Positions 1 to 10,133 of a stretch of 64,000 bases of DNA are shown here, in pieces (within the stretch, counting starts at the first letter, position 1; each line of letters opens with the position of its first letter). The notes beneath the pieces were generated by a model. That model did no database searches. It was not told where the DNA came from and saw nothing but the letters and a program-made list of their open reading frames with translations. Source of the stretch: an uncultured Candidatus Saccharibacteria bacterium (lineage in GTDB: Bacteria > Patescibacteriota > Saccharimonadia > Saccharimonadales > UBA4665); contig CAZDAD010000002.1 of NCBI GenBank assembly GCA_964503715.1, positions 5,639 through 69,638 of the forward strand. Direction: 5' to 3'. The translations under genes and the position numbers were made by a program.

Positions 1-498
1 TTACTGCGCATAGTTAGTGATTTTGAGGATGAAGTGGAGATTACTAATGATGACCAGCAAGTATTATTCAAGGTTGGTGATATTGAACTCGTAGCCCGCC
101 TAATAGACGGCAAATATCCTGATTATCGCAAGCTTATTCCTCAGAGTTTCGCTGTTAGCGCTACACTTAAGCGCGCTGACTTACTCAATGTAACCAAGGT
201 ATCTAGTCTTTTCGCCCGTGAAAGCGCTGGTAGTATTACTATAAATATTGATGAAGATGACCAGAATCTAAGTGTTAAGTCTATTGCTTCACAATTAGGT
301 GAGAACACCGCTGTCGCCAACGCCAAAGTTAACGGAACTGGTGCGATTACCCTAAACTCCCGATACTTGCTGGATGCGCTTCATGCCCTATCTGGAGATG
401 ATGTGGTGTTTGAGTTCAACGGCAAATTAGAGCCAATTGTTATCCGCGACCCCAAGGGTAGTGACTATATTCACATCGTCATGCCCCTTAAGTCGTAG
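1..498 (+). CDS. dnaN: DNA polymerase III beta sliding clamp, C-terminal part (5' end outside window)
   Basis: The frame is open from base 1 (ORF track 34..498). It carries IDGKYPDYRKLIP and a C-terminal ...EPIVIRD...IVMPLK typical of DnaN. recF follows, as in the conserved dnaN-recF arrangement. Confidence 0.85.
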   Translation, partial: LLRIVSDFEDEVEITNDDQQVLFKVGDIELVARLIDGKYPDYRKLIPQSFAVSATLKRADLLNVTKVSSLFARESAGSITINIDEDDQNLSVKSIASQLGENTAVANAKVNGTGAITLNSRYLLDALHALSGDDVVFEFNGKLEPIVIRDPKGSDYIHIVMPLKS

Positions 499-547
499 TT
501 ACTTTGTCTGACTTAGTTTATCTGGGCCACTGCTACAATACTTATAG

Positions 548-1618
548 ATGATTACAACTATTCGCCTACAGAACTTTAGATCTTATGCTGATGAATCTTT
601 CGACCTCAGCCCAGGGGTGAATATTATCGTTGGACCCAATGCTAGTGGTAAAACTAATCTTCTAGAGGCTGTTTTATTGCTAGCCAGAGGTGGTTCATAT
701 CGGACCAAAGACGGTAAATTAGTTCACTTTGACTCCGATTGGGCTAGGTTGGACGCTAATCTGCCCTCCCATAATCGGGTGGTTAAGATAAAACACATTG
801 GCAATTCTAGTGTGTCCGAGAAAGTGTTTGAGTTTGACGACCAAAAAGTCACCAGACTTCACCATACTAGAATGTTGCCTGTTGTTTTGTTTGAACCCGA
901 CCACCTATCTTTATTAACTGGTTCACCTGATGCTCGGCGACTGTTCATAGATGACCTAATAGAGCAGCTCAAACCGCAGTATGGTGCTATCAGGAAGCAG
1001 TTCAGGCGCGTTTTGGGCCACCGTAATGCCCTTTTGAAGCAAAATCCCACTAGTATTGCCCAGCAACTTTTTGTATGGAATCTGAGGCTTTCTGAGCTGG
1101 CAGGCCAAATAGTCGAGGAACGCCAATGGCTGGTTGAGCAGTTTAGTAGTTATGCCCAGGAAGTTTACAGCTCATTATCTAGTGACACTAAGGATTTGTC
1201 ATTTGTTTACGAGAGTAAGCTGCCACTGGAGGGTTATGAGACCTCGTTGCTGAAGAAGCTTGAGGGCTCGTTAGAGCTGGATATCAAGCGTGGATTTACT
1301 GGCAATGGCCCACACCGTGATGACCTGGGTGTTTATTTGGACGGCAAACCAGTAATTGAGGTGGCCTCTAGGGGTGAGATAAGGACAATCGTACTAGTGC
1401 TCAAGGTCACTGAACTCAAACTGTTGGAGGATATATTGGGGCAGCCGCCAATACTACTCTTGGACGATGTTTTTAGTGAACTCGACACTCGCCGTCGCCA
1501 AGCCCTCACCTCTTATGTATCAGGCTACCAGACTTTTATTACCACCACCGACGCAGATGTTGTGGTGCAGCACTTCACAGACTGCAATATTATTCCACTT
1601 AAGTCGCTGACGATGTAA
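548..1618 (+). CDS. recF: DNA replication/repair protein RecF
   Basis: N-terminal LQNFRSY...GPNASGKTNLLEA (Walker A), an SMC-like signature region (SRGE) and LLLDDVFSELD (Walker B). Size and position after dnaN fit RecF. Confidence 0.9.
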   Translation: MITTIRLQNFRSYADESFDLSPGVNIIVGPNASGKTNLLEAVLLLARGGSYRTKDGKLVHFDSDWARLDANLPSHNRVVKIKHIGNSSVSEKVFEFDDQKVTRLHHTRMLPVVLFEPDHLSLLTGSPDARRLFIDDLIEQLKPQYGAIRKQFRRVLGHRNALLKQNPTSIAQQLFVWNLRLSELAGQIVEERQWLVEQFSSYAQEVYSSLSSDTKDLSFVYESKLPLEGYETSLLKKLEGSLELDIKRGFTGNGPHRDDLGVYLDGKPVIEVASRGEIRTIVLVLKVTELKLLEDILGQPPILLLDDVFSELDTRRRQALTSYVSGYQTFITTTDADVVVQHFTDCNIIPLKSLTM

Positions 1619-1723
1619 ACTGTAACTATACTTACTTTGGTGAGTAGACTACTTTGGATGTTCCGAAAACATATCGGACCATAAAGTGTATTGTTTTGCA
1701 ACAAAATGTGATATAATGCGGCC

Positions 1724-2602
1724 ATGAGAAAAGAGATGCAACAAAGTTCTCGCCGCGGCCAGGAAATAACTGAATCACGGGGGGACGTTATGGATAGAGT
1801 TAAGAATGGTCTTAGGGATGTTATTAAGGACAAGAAGAAGGGCCTATTAATAGGTACAGCAGTGGCTTTGGTGACTGTAGGCTTAGGCGCTGGTATAATT
1901 TTTAACCAAAATAATGGTTCAGGTAATCTAGGCGAGTCTAACGGCGCTCTGAATAATCCTTCCGTTGTATCAAGTAGCGAAAACAAGAATAAACCACGCG
2001 TAGAAGTACCAATCAGTGATATCGGTGATTTTGATGTTTATACTCCCAATAAGACACCTAGCGGATTTGATGATACGTCAACCGTCACACAAGATAAAAC
2101 TGATGGAGCTTTTCATTCTGAGGGGAATGACGGTGCCTATCTTGTATTCGAGAACGCTATGGACACTAATAATGAGGCACCATACTGCACAGTAGAACTC
2201 GGTGTTAAAAAATACGACTCTTATGCGTATGATAGTACCTCAAAGTGGCTTGGTGATGGAGTCCGGGATATTGCAGATAATGTACGGATTAGTCAGTCTA
2301 TGGTCTACAAAGATTTTACGAATAATCCACCGATTGTTGAAAGGGTCACTGACACAAAGATTAAATCACGTGATGGGTCGAAACTATATACTTTGCCAAC
2401 CATTAAAGCGTCAAGCCCAAATAATGGTTTGGTGATTTACTTTGGTGCCGAAAAACTAAAGAGCGGTAATTATGCTGTCTTTAAGATGCGATGCGAAGAT
2501 ATGCACGGTGTAGATGGGTATAGTGCGAGTAACCCGATTCCTCAAACTGACATCGATAAAGCATGGAAGGTTCTCGATACACTTGAGATAAAAGAGAAAT
2601 AG
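1724..2602 (+). CDS. hypothetical N-terminally anchored extracytoplasmic protein
   Basis: 292-aa ORF with a basic N-terminus, one hydrophobic helix (LLIGTAVALVTVGLGAGIIF) and then a polar domain. I recognise no motif. Confidence 0.5.
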   Translation: MRKEMQQSSRRGQEITESRGDVMDRVKNGLRDVIKDKKKGLLIGTAVALVTVGLGAGIIFNQNNGSGNLGESNGALNNPSVVSSSENKNKPRVEVPISDIGDFDVYTPNKTPSGFDDTSTVTQDKTDGAFHSEGNDGAYLVFENAMDTNNEAPYCTVELGVKKYDSYAYDSTSKWLGDGVRDIADNVRISQSMVYKDFTNNPPIVERVTDTKIKSRDGSKLYTLPTIKASSPNNGLVIYFGAEKLKSGNYAVFKMRCEDMHGVDGYSASNPIPQTDIDKAWKVLDTLEIKEK

Positions 2603-2606
2603 TTCA

Positions 2607-3164
2607 CTAAAGGTATTTATTTGTCACAACTCCCGAGTCATAAACTTGGGAGTTTTTTTCTTGATCATACATTCGTAGCTGCACTGAAGAACTATCAAAT
2701 ACATCCAAACTAGCATTATATTTTGTAGTCCTATTTATAACTAATGTGAACGTTATATTATCTCTAGGTTCTGTGCTATTTTGGTCGTGTAGTTTAAAGT
2801 TGACCGTGGACTTATCTAGGCTTATCTCCGTAACCTTAGGAGACAATGTTTTGAAGTATTGATATGCGGCGTATTCATAGCTTTTTAGCTGCTCCAAGGA
2901 TATACCTTCATCTAACAGGCGGCTCGAGCCCAGGAATATAGTTCCTGCTGCACTGTACCCATATTGGTCGGGTCCCTTACCCTTGGGGTAGTCAACAGTT
3001 TCACCACTATAAGGGTCTTTATAGGAGTCCTGCTGGAGTGAAGTACTTCCTTGGTCAGTACTATTTTGTTTGTTTTTACTACTAGCAAATACCATAATCG
3101 TAACTACCAAAACAATACAAGCTATGACCAATATAATTTTTTTAGTCCTTTGATTCATATACAC
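2607..3164 (-). CDS. hypothetical signal-anchored secreted protein (last gene of the T4SS-like minus-strand block)
   Basis: 185-aa ORF with an N-terminal TM/signal anchor (KKIILVIACIVLVVTIMVFASS). It is separated by 2 nt from the upstream muralytic gene. Confidence 0.5.
   Translation of the reverse strand: MYMNQRTKKIILVIACIVLVVTIMVFASSKNKQNSTDQGSTSLQQDSYKDPYSGETVDYPKGKGPDQYGYSAAGTIFLGSSRLLDEGISLEQLKSYEYAAYQYFKTLSPKVTEISLDKSTVNFKLHDQNSTEPRDNITFTLVINRTTKYNASLDVFDSSSVQLRMYDQEKNSQVYDSGVVTNKYL
2628..2659 (+). terminator. rho-independent terminator for the 1724..2602 gene, embedded in the 3' end of the convergent gene
   Basis: Stem AACTCCC (2628-2634) pairs with GGGAGTT (2648-2654), followed by a T-run to 2659. 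It lies 26 nt after the stop at 2602. Confidence 0.55.
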
Positions 3165-3166
3165 TC

Positions 3167-4366
3167 CTATTTTGTTATGGCGTAGACACTACCACTACTG
3201 GCCCTAGACAATACATCACTCGGGGACCAAGCAATCTTATTTGTATCCATACCGCCAGAACGGTATGGCCATGGATCACCCAAATACCACTTTCCATCCT
3301 TAACTGCCCTTATGGTTATATAGTGCCCCACTCCAGTAAATGGTGCCGCTCCACCTCCGGCCACAACCACAAACCCGCCATTTCTCAATGTTTCATTTAT
3401 CTTAGCCTCATTGGAGCCAATAGCCGCAGCTTTGAGACCCCATTTTTTAGCAGTAACCTCAGGTATTCTCCAACTACTACCAGATCCACTTACCCACATA
3501 CCTTGGCTTGCGGCGTATGCAGTGACTACCCCAGGAGTTACGCTATTACCAGTCAAATTGGTTATGATCATGGCCATTGAGGTTGGACCACATCCTGCTG
3601 CACAGATATTCAAACCGTCACCGTATATTTGAGCACCCCACTGCTTGTCGCACTGTTCATAAAACGTAAAACCATCCATAAATCGTGAGGCAGTACCGTT
3701 TGCGTTACAAATATTACTGCGTGATGAACCTGATGGTGAATCAGATTTGTATTTATCGAATATTTCCTGGCCGAATTTGATTCGTCCTTGAATCATCTGT
3801 AAAGTATCGGCTGATATCTCGTAGTCTCTATGAAATGCAAACGTGGCGTCTGACACACTGTTAGTGTTCTTTAGATTCCTGAGGGCGTTGCTAAAGCTAC
3901 CGGTCAACTCCTGCCATACATAGTCAAGTTGAACCCCCAGGTCAGTTGCGGGAAGATTTTTTGAGTTTGCTAAATTAACTAACGGCTGTTGTCTGCCTGT
4001 AAAGGTCCATTGAGCTATACCAAAGCCAACTGTGTTTTTTGGAAAAGGATCACTACTTCTGTCTTGTTGAGCTGTGGGCCTAAACCCTGATTCTTGTTGA
4101 AAATTACCCATAATACCAGCGACTTGCTCCTGTTTTAGCCCTTTGGCTATGAAGTAGTTCCATATTTTGGACGGGTTATCTGCACCGACCAAAGCGGCTC
4201 CAGTACTATTATTACAAGAGTCGTCATAAAAAGTTGTTTGCTGATCTAGACTCTTCAGGTCGTCATTTGTGATATCTGCATAGGTTACTGGCGAGAATAT
4301 CACCGATATTAAGCAGACCGAGATTATAGATATTGAGCGGAGATACCGCAAAAATCTACTGGCCAT
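3167..4366 (-). CDS. secreted two-domain peptidoglycan hydrolase (phage-tail-lysozyme-like N-domain plus C39-like/papain-fold Cys peptidase C-domain), VirB1/PrgK functional analogue
   Basis: The start is trimmed to the ATG at 4366 (MASRF...), which gives a signal peptide ending VTYA/D and removes the overlap with the upstream stop at 4356. Motif GIMGNFQQESGF resembles the phage tail lysozyme family. AAGCGPTSMAMII ... GHYITIRAV supplies a Cys/His pair like C39-like peptidases. Confidence 0.65.
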   Translation of the reverse strand: MASRFLRYLRSISIISVCLISVIFSPVTYADITNDDLKSLDQQTTFYDDSCNNSTGAALVGADNPSKIWNYFIAKGLKQEQVAGIMGNFQQESGFRPTAQQDRSSDPFPKNTVGFGIAQWTFTGRQQPLVNLANSKNLPATDLGVQLDYVWQELTGSFSNALRNLKNTNSVSDATFAFHRDYEISADTLQMIQGRIKFGQEIFDKYKSDSPSGSSRSNICNANGTASRFMDGFTFYEQCDKQWGAQIYGDGLNICAAGCGPTSMAMIITNLTGNSVTPGVVTAYAASQGMWVSGSGSSWRIPEVTAKKWGLKAAAIGSNEAKINETLRNGGFVVVAGGGAAPFTGVGHYITIRAVKDGKWYLGDPWPYRSGGMDTNKIAWSPSDVLSRASSGSVYAITK

Positions 4367-7070
4367 ATGCGTTACCACCCAGTGTTGATGAGTTGTATAC
4401 TGCACCTAAGCTGCCGCTCGCAACACTGTCAAGGAGTGCACAGTTATACACCTGTTTTTTGATTTCCTCAGACTTACTACTCTTATACATCTCTTGGTTA
4501 AATGTCTCGGCATTCTTTACCATGTCCCAGTTTAGTGCGTTCGGGTCTATTACGCCGAGCTCATCTGCATTAGTCGCGTTTTGGGGTGTCATACTGAGTG
4601 GATCCATGTCTTTGCACACTGTTGGATAATCATAGCTCTCTACTCCTGCCAGACTAGATAAGGCGTAAGGGTCGGAGTCATCAGCATGGGCTCTAGTAAA
4701 GATTGACCCAGTGAACAGACTGGACAACGTGCTGCTAAAAGTTGGCCTGACGCCGCTACTAGAGATTGCAAAGAAAGTCTTGGACAACATAGAGTCCTGC
4801 CTATCTAGAGATGCAAACTTATCATATATAGATAGATCGCCTGACTGCTCACTAAGGTAAGCAACAACGTCTTGCTTGGCGCGCTGTTTTGATTCATCGG
4901 TTGTCCTAGGGGCACCGTTGCCTCTCGCCGCAAACTCAGCCGAAGCGGCCGCACCCATAGCGGCCTGATTCACATATTGACCACCTGGCGAGTTCTCTTT
5001 AACTGGGGGCCCCGCTCCAACGAAAGCTACAACTTTATCAGTTACCATTGTTACTAAACCATTAAAATCATCTTCTAGCCCGAATGTCTTCAAGGCACCT
5101 TTTATAAAACCTGCCATAGCCTCCTGCATACCAGTTGCTTCCATGAATCCATCAAATTGCTGGCCAACCCAACTCACTATCTTTCCGAAGCCCGATGCAT
5201 TATATACAGATAGTATGGGGTCCACAAGGAACCCTATAGAGTTCTTCCAGCCATCCTGAATCATTTTGGCCATCGTAGTGCTTCCAATCCTCTTGTCGTC
5301 ACAAACCCAGTGGTATTCGCTCTTTGCTATGGAAGTGTTCTCGGGTTTTTCTATCGCTGCCTGATGATCAGCTCCACAATACTCTGTTTTTTCCGTTGCC
5401 TCAGATAATTTTGATTGTTCAGCAAAAGCCCTGCTGGTGTTCCTGTCCGTTGCGGCGTCGAAGCCTGCACTATTACCTCCTCCTGCGACTATTTCCATTG
5501 CATCGTTTACATCTTGGGTACTGCCTATCTCACCAGACTTTATCTGGTCCCTCATTATTGATAAGTTCGAGTAAATGGCAATTGCTTGTGTTGCCCGCGC
5601 CATATAAACAAGCTTAACGAGGGACTCGTTCTTCACTGATTCATTGATTTTATTGAGGGTGTCTACCACAGATATTATGCTAGTAGCTATGTTAAATTTT
5701 TTCATTATCTCCTTGGATATGAAGGCAGATACTAACTTTTCTACCTTACCACCGCCCGCGTCGGCACTTTCCTCTAAAATTTCCTTTTCGGCTAAATCAA
5801 CCCCCTCTTCGGTCAAAGTTTCGTCCATACCCCTTACAAGTTCACCGTCATTTTTTTTGCTGACTGTTTTATCGCCATCTTTTTCTGTTTGTTTTGTATC
5901 ACATTTTTCTGGGTTTTTGTCACAATCAGGTCCACCTGGCTTAGCTGCATTTGCATTATTGTCGGGATTTGCCGGATCTGTATTCATTCTGCTACAGTCA
6001 CTAACTGCGAATACACATTGAACTATTCTGCCCGAGCTAGTATTATCTTTGAATATTTTAAGGATGAGTTTGTTTCGGATACTAACTCTTTTGTCTGATA
6101 TCTTTTCGCGTGTTTTTTCAAAAAACTTCCAACTTTTTATACCTGTCATGTTGGAAATAGATTTTCTTAGATAGAATCTCTTAGCCACCTGGTACCACTT
6201 AGTGTTTTCATTAACGGCCTTACGGAGTGCCTTTCTTGCTTCTTTATCACTTCCAAAAACCTCAGTATCAATAAACTTACTCAGTCCTTTGTTGAAGTCA
6301 TCTAGCTTGCCTGCGTTCAGGTTCTTTAAGTCAGAATCAGTCAGCCCAGAATTGAACTGCAAATCTGGTTGCCCATTTATCTGCACAACCGCTGGCCTTG
6401 TCCTATAACCCTTGATAGATGGGTCATAGAAACTGGCGCTTACAAACTTTATGCCTTGTTTTTCGAATAGGTCTTTCTCGAACTTGGATGTACGCATAGA
6501 GTTATACCAATCCCTAAAAGGGTGCCCGGTATCAACTTTGTTAGCACGGAATAGCAAGTTCTTGTTGCTATCTGGAATCTCACTCAATGCATCACCATCT
6601 CTACTAGTTGCCATCTCCGCAAGACGTGCGCGCATATATGCTTGCACCCAGTGTTTTGAGCTACCGTCAAGGTCCACCTGATACCTTACAAACGCCTTGG
6701 CATCAATATTACTTAGGAGGTGATCAAGCTGAAAAACGTTCATAAAAGAAAATAATGCGAATATACCAAATACTGAACCACCACCAACCAGGCTAGCAAC
6801 AGCTCCAACGACAGCTGCTTTCCTACGATTCTTAAGAATACTCTTTATATTTAAGCCGCCCTTGAACAGCCTATTAAGCCTGCCACCAGAAGAAGTGGGT
6901 TGGTACAAATTATCTGCCACAGAAGATCTCTCCTCGTTATCTGCGGCGGTGGAGTTTTGCGAGCCACCACCCTGCTTTTCGGCACTTAACAGGGAGTCTG
7001 GAGACTTTGCTGGTCGACCGCTAGTTGGATCCCAGTGGTTTACTTCTTTTTCTTTGTCATAAACGGCCAT
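4356..7070 (-). CDS. large (904 aa) membrane-anchored hypothetical protein, T4SS-associated by position
   Basis: Long ORF with a single TM near residue 90 (AAVVGAVASLVGGGSVFGIFALFSF) followed by a roughly 800-aa polar domain. It lies between virB4 and the muralytic gene. No motif recognised. Confidence 0.5.
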   Translation of the reverse strand: MAVYDKEKEVNHWDPTSGRPAKSPDSLLSAEKQGGGSQNSTAADNEERSSVADNLYQPTSSGGRLNRLFKGGLNIKSILKNRRKAAVVGAVASLVGGGSVFGIFALFSFMNVFQLDHLLSNIDAKAFVRYQVDLDGSSKHWVQAYMRARLAEMATSRDGDALSEIPDSNKNLLFRANKVDTGHPFRDWYNSMRTSKFEKDLFEKQGIKFVSASFYDPSIKGYRTRPAVVQINGQPDLQFNSGLTDSDLKNLNAGKLDDFNKGLSKFIDTEVFGSDKEARKALRKAVNENTKWYQVAKRFYLRKSISNMTGIKSWKFFEKTREKISDKRVSIRNKLILKIFKDNTSSGRIVQCVFAVSDCSRMNTDPANPDNNANAAKPGGPDCDKNPEKCDTKQTEKDGDKTVSKKNDGELVRGMDETLTEEGVDLAEKEILEESADAGGGKVEKLVSAFISKEIMKKFNIATSIISVVDTLNKINESVKNESLVKLVYMARATQAIAIYSNLSIMRDQIKSGEIGSTQDVNDAMEIVAGGGNSAGFDAATDRNTSRAFAEQSKLSEATEKTEYCGADHQAAIEKPENTSIAKSEYHWVCDDKRIGSTTMAKMIQDGWKNSIGFLVDPILSVYNASGFGKIVSWVGQQFDGFMEATGMQEAMAGFIKGALKTFGLEDDFNGLVTMVTDKVVAFVGAGPPVKENSPGGQYVNQAAMGAAASAEFAARGNGAPRTTDESKQRAKQDVVAYLSEQSGDLSIYDKFASLDRQDSMLSKTFFAISSSGVRPTFSSTLSSLFTGSIFTRAHADDSDPYALSSLAGVESYDYPTVCKDMDPLSMTPQNATNADELGVIDPNALNWDMVKNAETFNQEMYKSSKSEEIKKQVYNCALLDSVASGSLGAVYNSSTLGGNAYGQ

Positions 7071-7080
7071 AGCCTAATAC

Positions 7081-9006
7081 CTACATGCCACCGTATTGTG
7101 GTGCATTAATATCTATCTGACCACCAGAAATATCCATATCCATATCTTGAGGCGCTGCCTGCATAGGCTGTCGTCCAGGCGTAGTGCTTATCAGGTCAGT
7201 TTCGGTCGGGCTGGCTACTACCTGAATATGGACGTGACTTTGACCCGCAAAGAACAAACCCTGCCCCACGGGGAACTGACTGAGGCGCTTCTTTTCTTCC
7301 TCGGTGAGCTTAAATACCTCCGACAAGACATCAACTGCAGTTGCTGACTGCTTCAGTAATACCTGCATCGAGGCATTGGCGACAATTGCTCGACCCATTC
7401 GTGAACCCATGAAGTCCTCGACGTCCTGAGTGATTGTGGTGATACCCAGGTTGTACTTTCGGGCGCGCTTGGCCAAGCTGAATAGGAAGTTAGCTGAGTC
7501 CTCGTACTTCATTAGTTGCCAGGCCTCATCGACTATGAGCATGCGTCGCTTCTGATCGGTCTTGGTCTTGTTCCAGATGTAATTAAGCACAATATACATA
7601 GCAACGGGACGCAATTCGTCTTCGAGGTCGCGAATATTGAACACGACCAAGGGGTTATTTATCTCTATATTAGATTGCTGGCTGAAAATACCTGCAAATG
7701 TACCCGAAGTATACTTGCGTAGGCGCTGGGCTAGCTGTGGACCGCTACCGCCCATATGTAACAGTGTGTCATAGAGATCGGAGATTGTGGGTGGTGGTGA
7801 GCTATGAGTTAACGGGTCGTTAGTTATGCCAACCTTAGCGTATGTTTCAATCAAGGCGGCGTCTAGATCGGCTTCTTCAACTGGACTAAGGGCTGGTGCC
7901 ATCATGGCATTCCCACCCATCATCTGGGCTTGTGCTCCACCCATCATCAGCCTGAGTAGTCCATGCAAGGTAATCAAGTTACTTCTAAGTGCGTTGTCGG
8001 CCTCTTCAGTATCCACCACCCTGGGCAAGTCAAATGGATTTATGCGTGTCGCCGAGTTTAGGCTTAGTCTGACGTATGATCCAGCTACGGCATCGCACAT
8101 CTTCTCGTACTCGTTCTCGGGGTCAATAATGAATATTTCCGTGCCCATCATTAGTGAGCGTAGGGCTTCGAGCTTAACGGTGAATGACTTACCTGCGCCA
8201 GACTTAGCAAAGACCACTGAGTTGCTGTTTTCCAAAGAGAATCTGTCGAATATAACCAAGCCCGAGTTGTGCATGTTTACGCCGTATAAAATACCGTTTT
8301 CCTGGCTTAGGTCGGCCGAAGTGAATGGGAAAGTCGTGCTAATGGCGCCGGTACTCATGTTGCGACGAATTTGTAGCTGATCAACAAACTGGGGGACTGT
8401 GCTATTCATGCCCTGCTCTTGTTGTGAGGTGGCTGCTTTGGAGTAGACTAGCTGCTGACCTAACAGTGATTCAACCTTGTGAGACACAAACTCGAGCTCT
8501 TCCATACTATTGCCATAGATGGTGAAGTAAAAACCAAAGCGGAAGAACCTTTCTTCGCCAACCTGAAGCTTATCGCGCATCTCTTCAGCATCCTGAATCG
8601 CCGCCTGTTTGGCTGGGTCACGTACACGTCCCTTTTCAGAGTCAATGTCTAGGCCTGCTTGTAGTTGTGTTACCTTTTTGCGTAGGTTATCTAGGACCAC
8701 TTGGCTCTCTACGGGGTATACCAAGATTGACATATCAATGACCTCATCGAGGTTAATCATTGGGCTTAGCCAGCCCGTGTATAGCTGCCTAGGGTAGCCA
8801 AATACGTAGTACGTTCGTGCGAATCTGGTGCCTATGTGGAAATAGCTGTTCTGGAACTCCAACGAGCTGGGCGCTATGAAGTCACGAAGGGCTGTTATGC
8901 CCTTGCGAAACGCAGCGTCTACCTCTTGTCTTTCACGTGCTTGCTGTGCCTGAGCGAGTGCTACAGGATCAGTAATCTGCGTATTTTTTTTGCCAAATAG
9001 TCCCAT
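7081..9006 (-). CDS. virB4: VirB4/TrsE-family type IV secretion ATPase
   Basis: Walker A is AKSGAGKSFTVK and Walker B is RMLIVDEAWQL. The N-terminal YPRQLYTGWLSPM region is typical of VirB4/TraC/TrsE. Length is 641 aa. Confidence 0.85.
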   Translation of the reverse strand: MGLFGKKNTQITDPVALAQAQQARERQEVDAAFRKGITALRDFIAPSSLEFQNSYFHIGTRFARTYYVFGYPRQLYTGWLSPMINLDEVIDMSILVYPVESQVVLDNLRKKVTQLQAGLDIDSEKGRVRDPAKQAAIQDAEEMRDKLQVGEERFFRFGFYFTIYGNSMEELEFVSHKVESLLGQQLVYSKAATSQQEQGMNSTVPQFVDQLQIRRNMSTGAISTTFPFTSADLSQENGILYGVNMHNSGLVIFDRFSLENSNSVVFAKSGAGKSFTVKLEALRSLMMGTEIFIIDPENEYEKMCDAVAGSYVRLSLNSATRINPFDLPRVVDTEEADNALRSNLITLHGLLRLMMGGAQAQMMGGNAMMAPALSPVEEADLDAALIETYAKVGITNDPLTHSSPPPTISDLYDTLLHMGGSGPQLAQRLRKYTSGTFAGIFSQQSNIEINNPLVVFNIRDLEDELRPVAMYIVLNYIWNKTKTDQKRRMLIVDEAWQLMKYEDSANFLFSLAKRARKYNLGITTITQDVEDFMGSRMGRAIVANASMQVLLKQSATAVDVLSEVFKLTEEEKKRLSQFPVGQGLFFAGQSHVHIQVVASPTETDLISTTPGRQPMQAAPQDMDMDISGGQIDINAPQYGGM

Positions 9007-10103
9007 TACTGTAGCTCCCTAGCAAGGTTGGGTTGGGCTGCGCTACCCTGCCCCTTTGTTACGACATCAACCGACAAATCGTCAAAGTTCTTGAGCTGCT
9101 GACGAGTGGCCGTATCGGGGTTATAGGTGTCATAGTAAAGCTCGATTAACTCCTGGGTATCTAACGGTAGGCTTTGTAGGCTTGCTTGTTGCAGCCCCCC
9201 CAGTACGGCCTGAACACGATTACGCAGCTCGGTCTTTGCCTTCTCTAGATCTGCTTCGTTAATAACCACATGATTCTCTTTGTTGCTAAACAAGTCTGTA
9301 ACGCCACTAATGAAGTTCTTACTCTGAGTAAGGGCCTTTTGCACTTCAACATGAGGATAGTAAGGAATAATTACGTAGAATTTCTTGTCCATAATATTTG
9401 TCTGTTGAGCCAGAGCTGATATGTATCCAATATAATCTTCCATAAGCAGGGCCAGTAGCATGTTGTCGTGTTCTGAGCGAATCTTATCGAGGCGTTCCAG
9501 ATATGGAGTTAGGTCAACTTTCTGGGAGCGGACAAAAATCTGGATTGGGAAATACAGTGAGTTTAGAAAACTTTGGTAATTGTATTCCACGGCCTCTTGC
9601 TCGGATTGGCTCATTAAGTCGAAGTTTATCGACTTCACCATAACTACTGAACGGAAAGAACCATCATTCATGATGACCACGCCATCACGTATTTCAGCGA
9701 TCTGGAGGGCGTTCTGAGTGCTATTCGGGTTTGTTGCGGCAGGTTTTACTCCGGGGTTGGCTGCTTGTGTCTGAGGTGTGGCCGCAACTGGTTGAGGGGC
9801 CTGAGGTTGCTGGTAGTTAGTCTGTTGGGGGATGGGCTGATAGTTGGGTTGCGTCATCGCCATGGGCTGTTGAGGTTGCTGCGGTGGCAGCTTTTGTATA
9901 GCGGGCTGAGGAGCAATAGGCACTACTTGTTCGGTGGGTTGCGGGGCCTCGGGCATCACGAATGGTGCGGGATTACTGTTAACGGGTGCCACCACTTCGG
10001 TAGATGGTGCTTCAGACAGCGCATATGGCATACCGACCTGTGGTGCACCACCATAAACAGGTATCTCAACTGGTTTCTGGCTGTTTTGTGTGTTGGGGTC
10101 CAT
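9006..10103 (-). CDS. P/Q-rich protein with a C-terminal region resembling the extreme N-terminal domain of Gram-positive VirB4 proteins
   Basis: About 130 aa of P/Q-rich low complexity come first. Then IAEIRDGVVIMNDGSFRSVVMVKSINFDLMSQSEQEAVEYNYQSFLNSLYFPIQIFV, a pattern I associate with the start of TrsE/VirB4-like ATPases. Its stop shares base 9006 with the virB4 start codon. Confidence 0.45.
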   Translation of the reverse strand: MDPNTQNSQKPVEIPVYGGAPQVGMPYALSEAPSTEVVAPVNSNPAPFVMPEAPQPTEQVVPIAPQPAIQKLPPQQPQQPMAMTQPNYQPIPQQTNYQQPQAPQPVAATPQTQAANPGVKPAATNPNSTQNALQIAEIRDGVVIMNDGSFRSVVMVKSINFDLMSQSEQEAVEYNYQSFLNSLYFPIQIFVRSQKVDLTPYLERLDKIRSEHDNMLLALLMEDYIGYISALAQQTNIMDKKFYVIIPYYPHVEVQKALTQSKNFISGVTDLFSNKENHVVINEADLEKAKTELRNRVQAVLGGLQQASLQSLPLDTQELIELYYDTYNPDTATRQQLKNFDDLSVDVVTKGQGSAAQPNLARELQ

Positions 10104-10133
10104 CTATACCTTATGCCCGCCCATCCCTACTCC

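Noticed and set aside
1525-1986. 153-aa minus-strand ORF spanning the recF 3' end and the 1724 gene 5' end
   Set aside because: It overlaps two better-supported plus-strand genes and their intergenic region, and has no motif.
7826-8380. 184-aa plus-strand ORF inside virB4
   Set aside because: It is antisense to the Walker A/B-containing VirB4 frame and is low-complexity Ser/Ala/Leu-rich.
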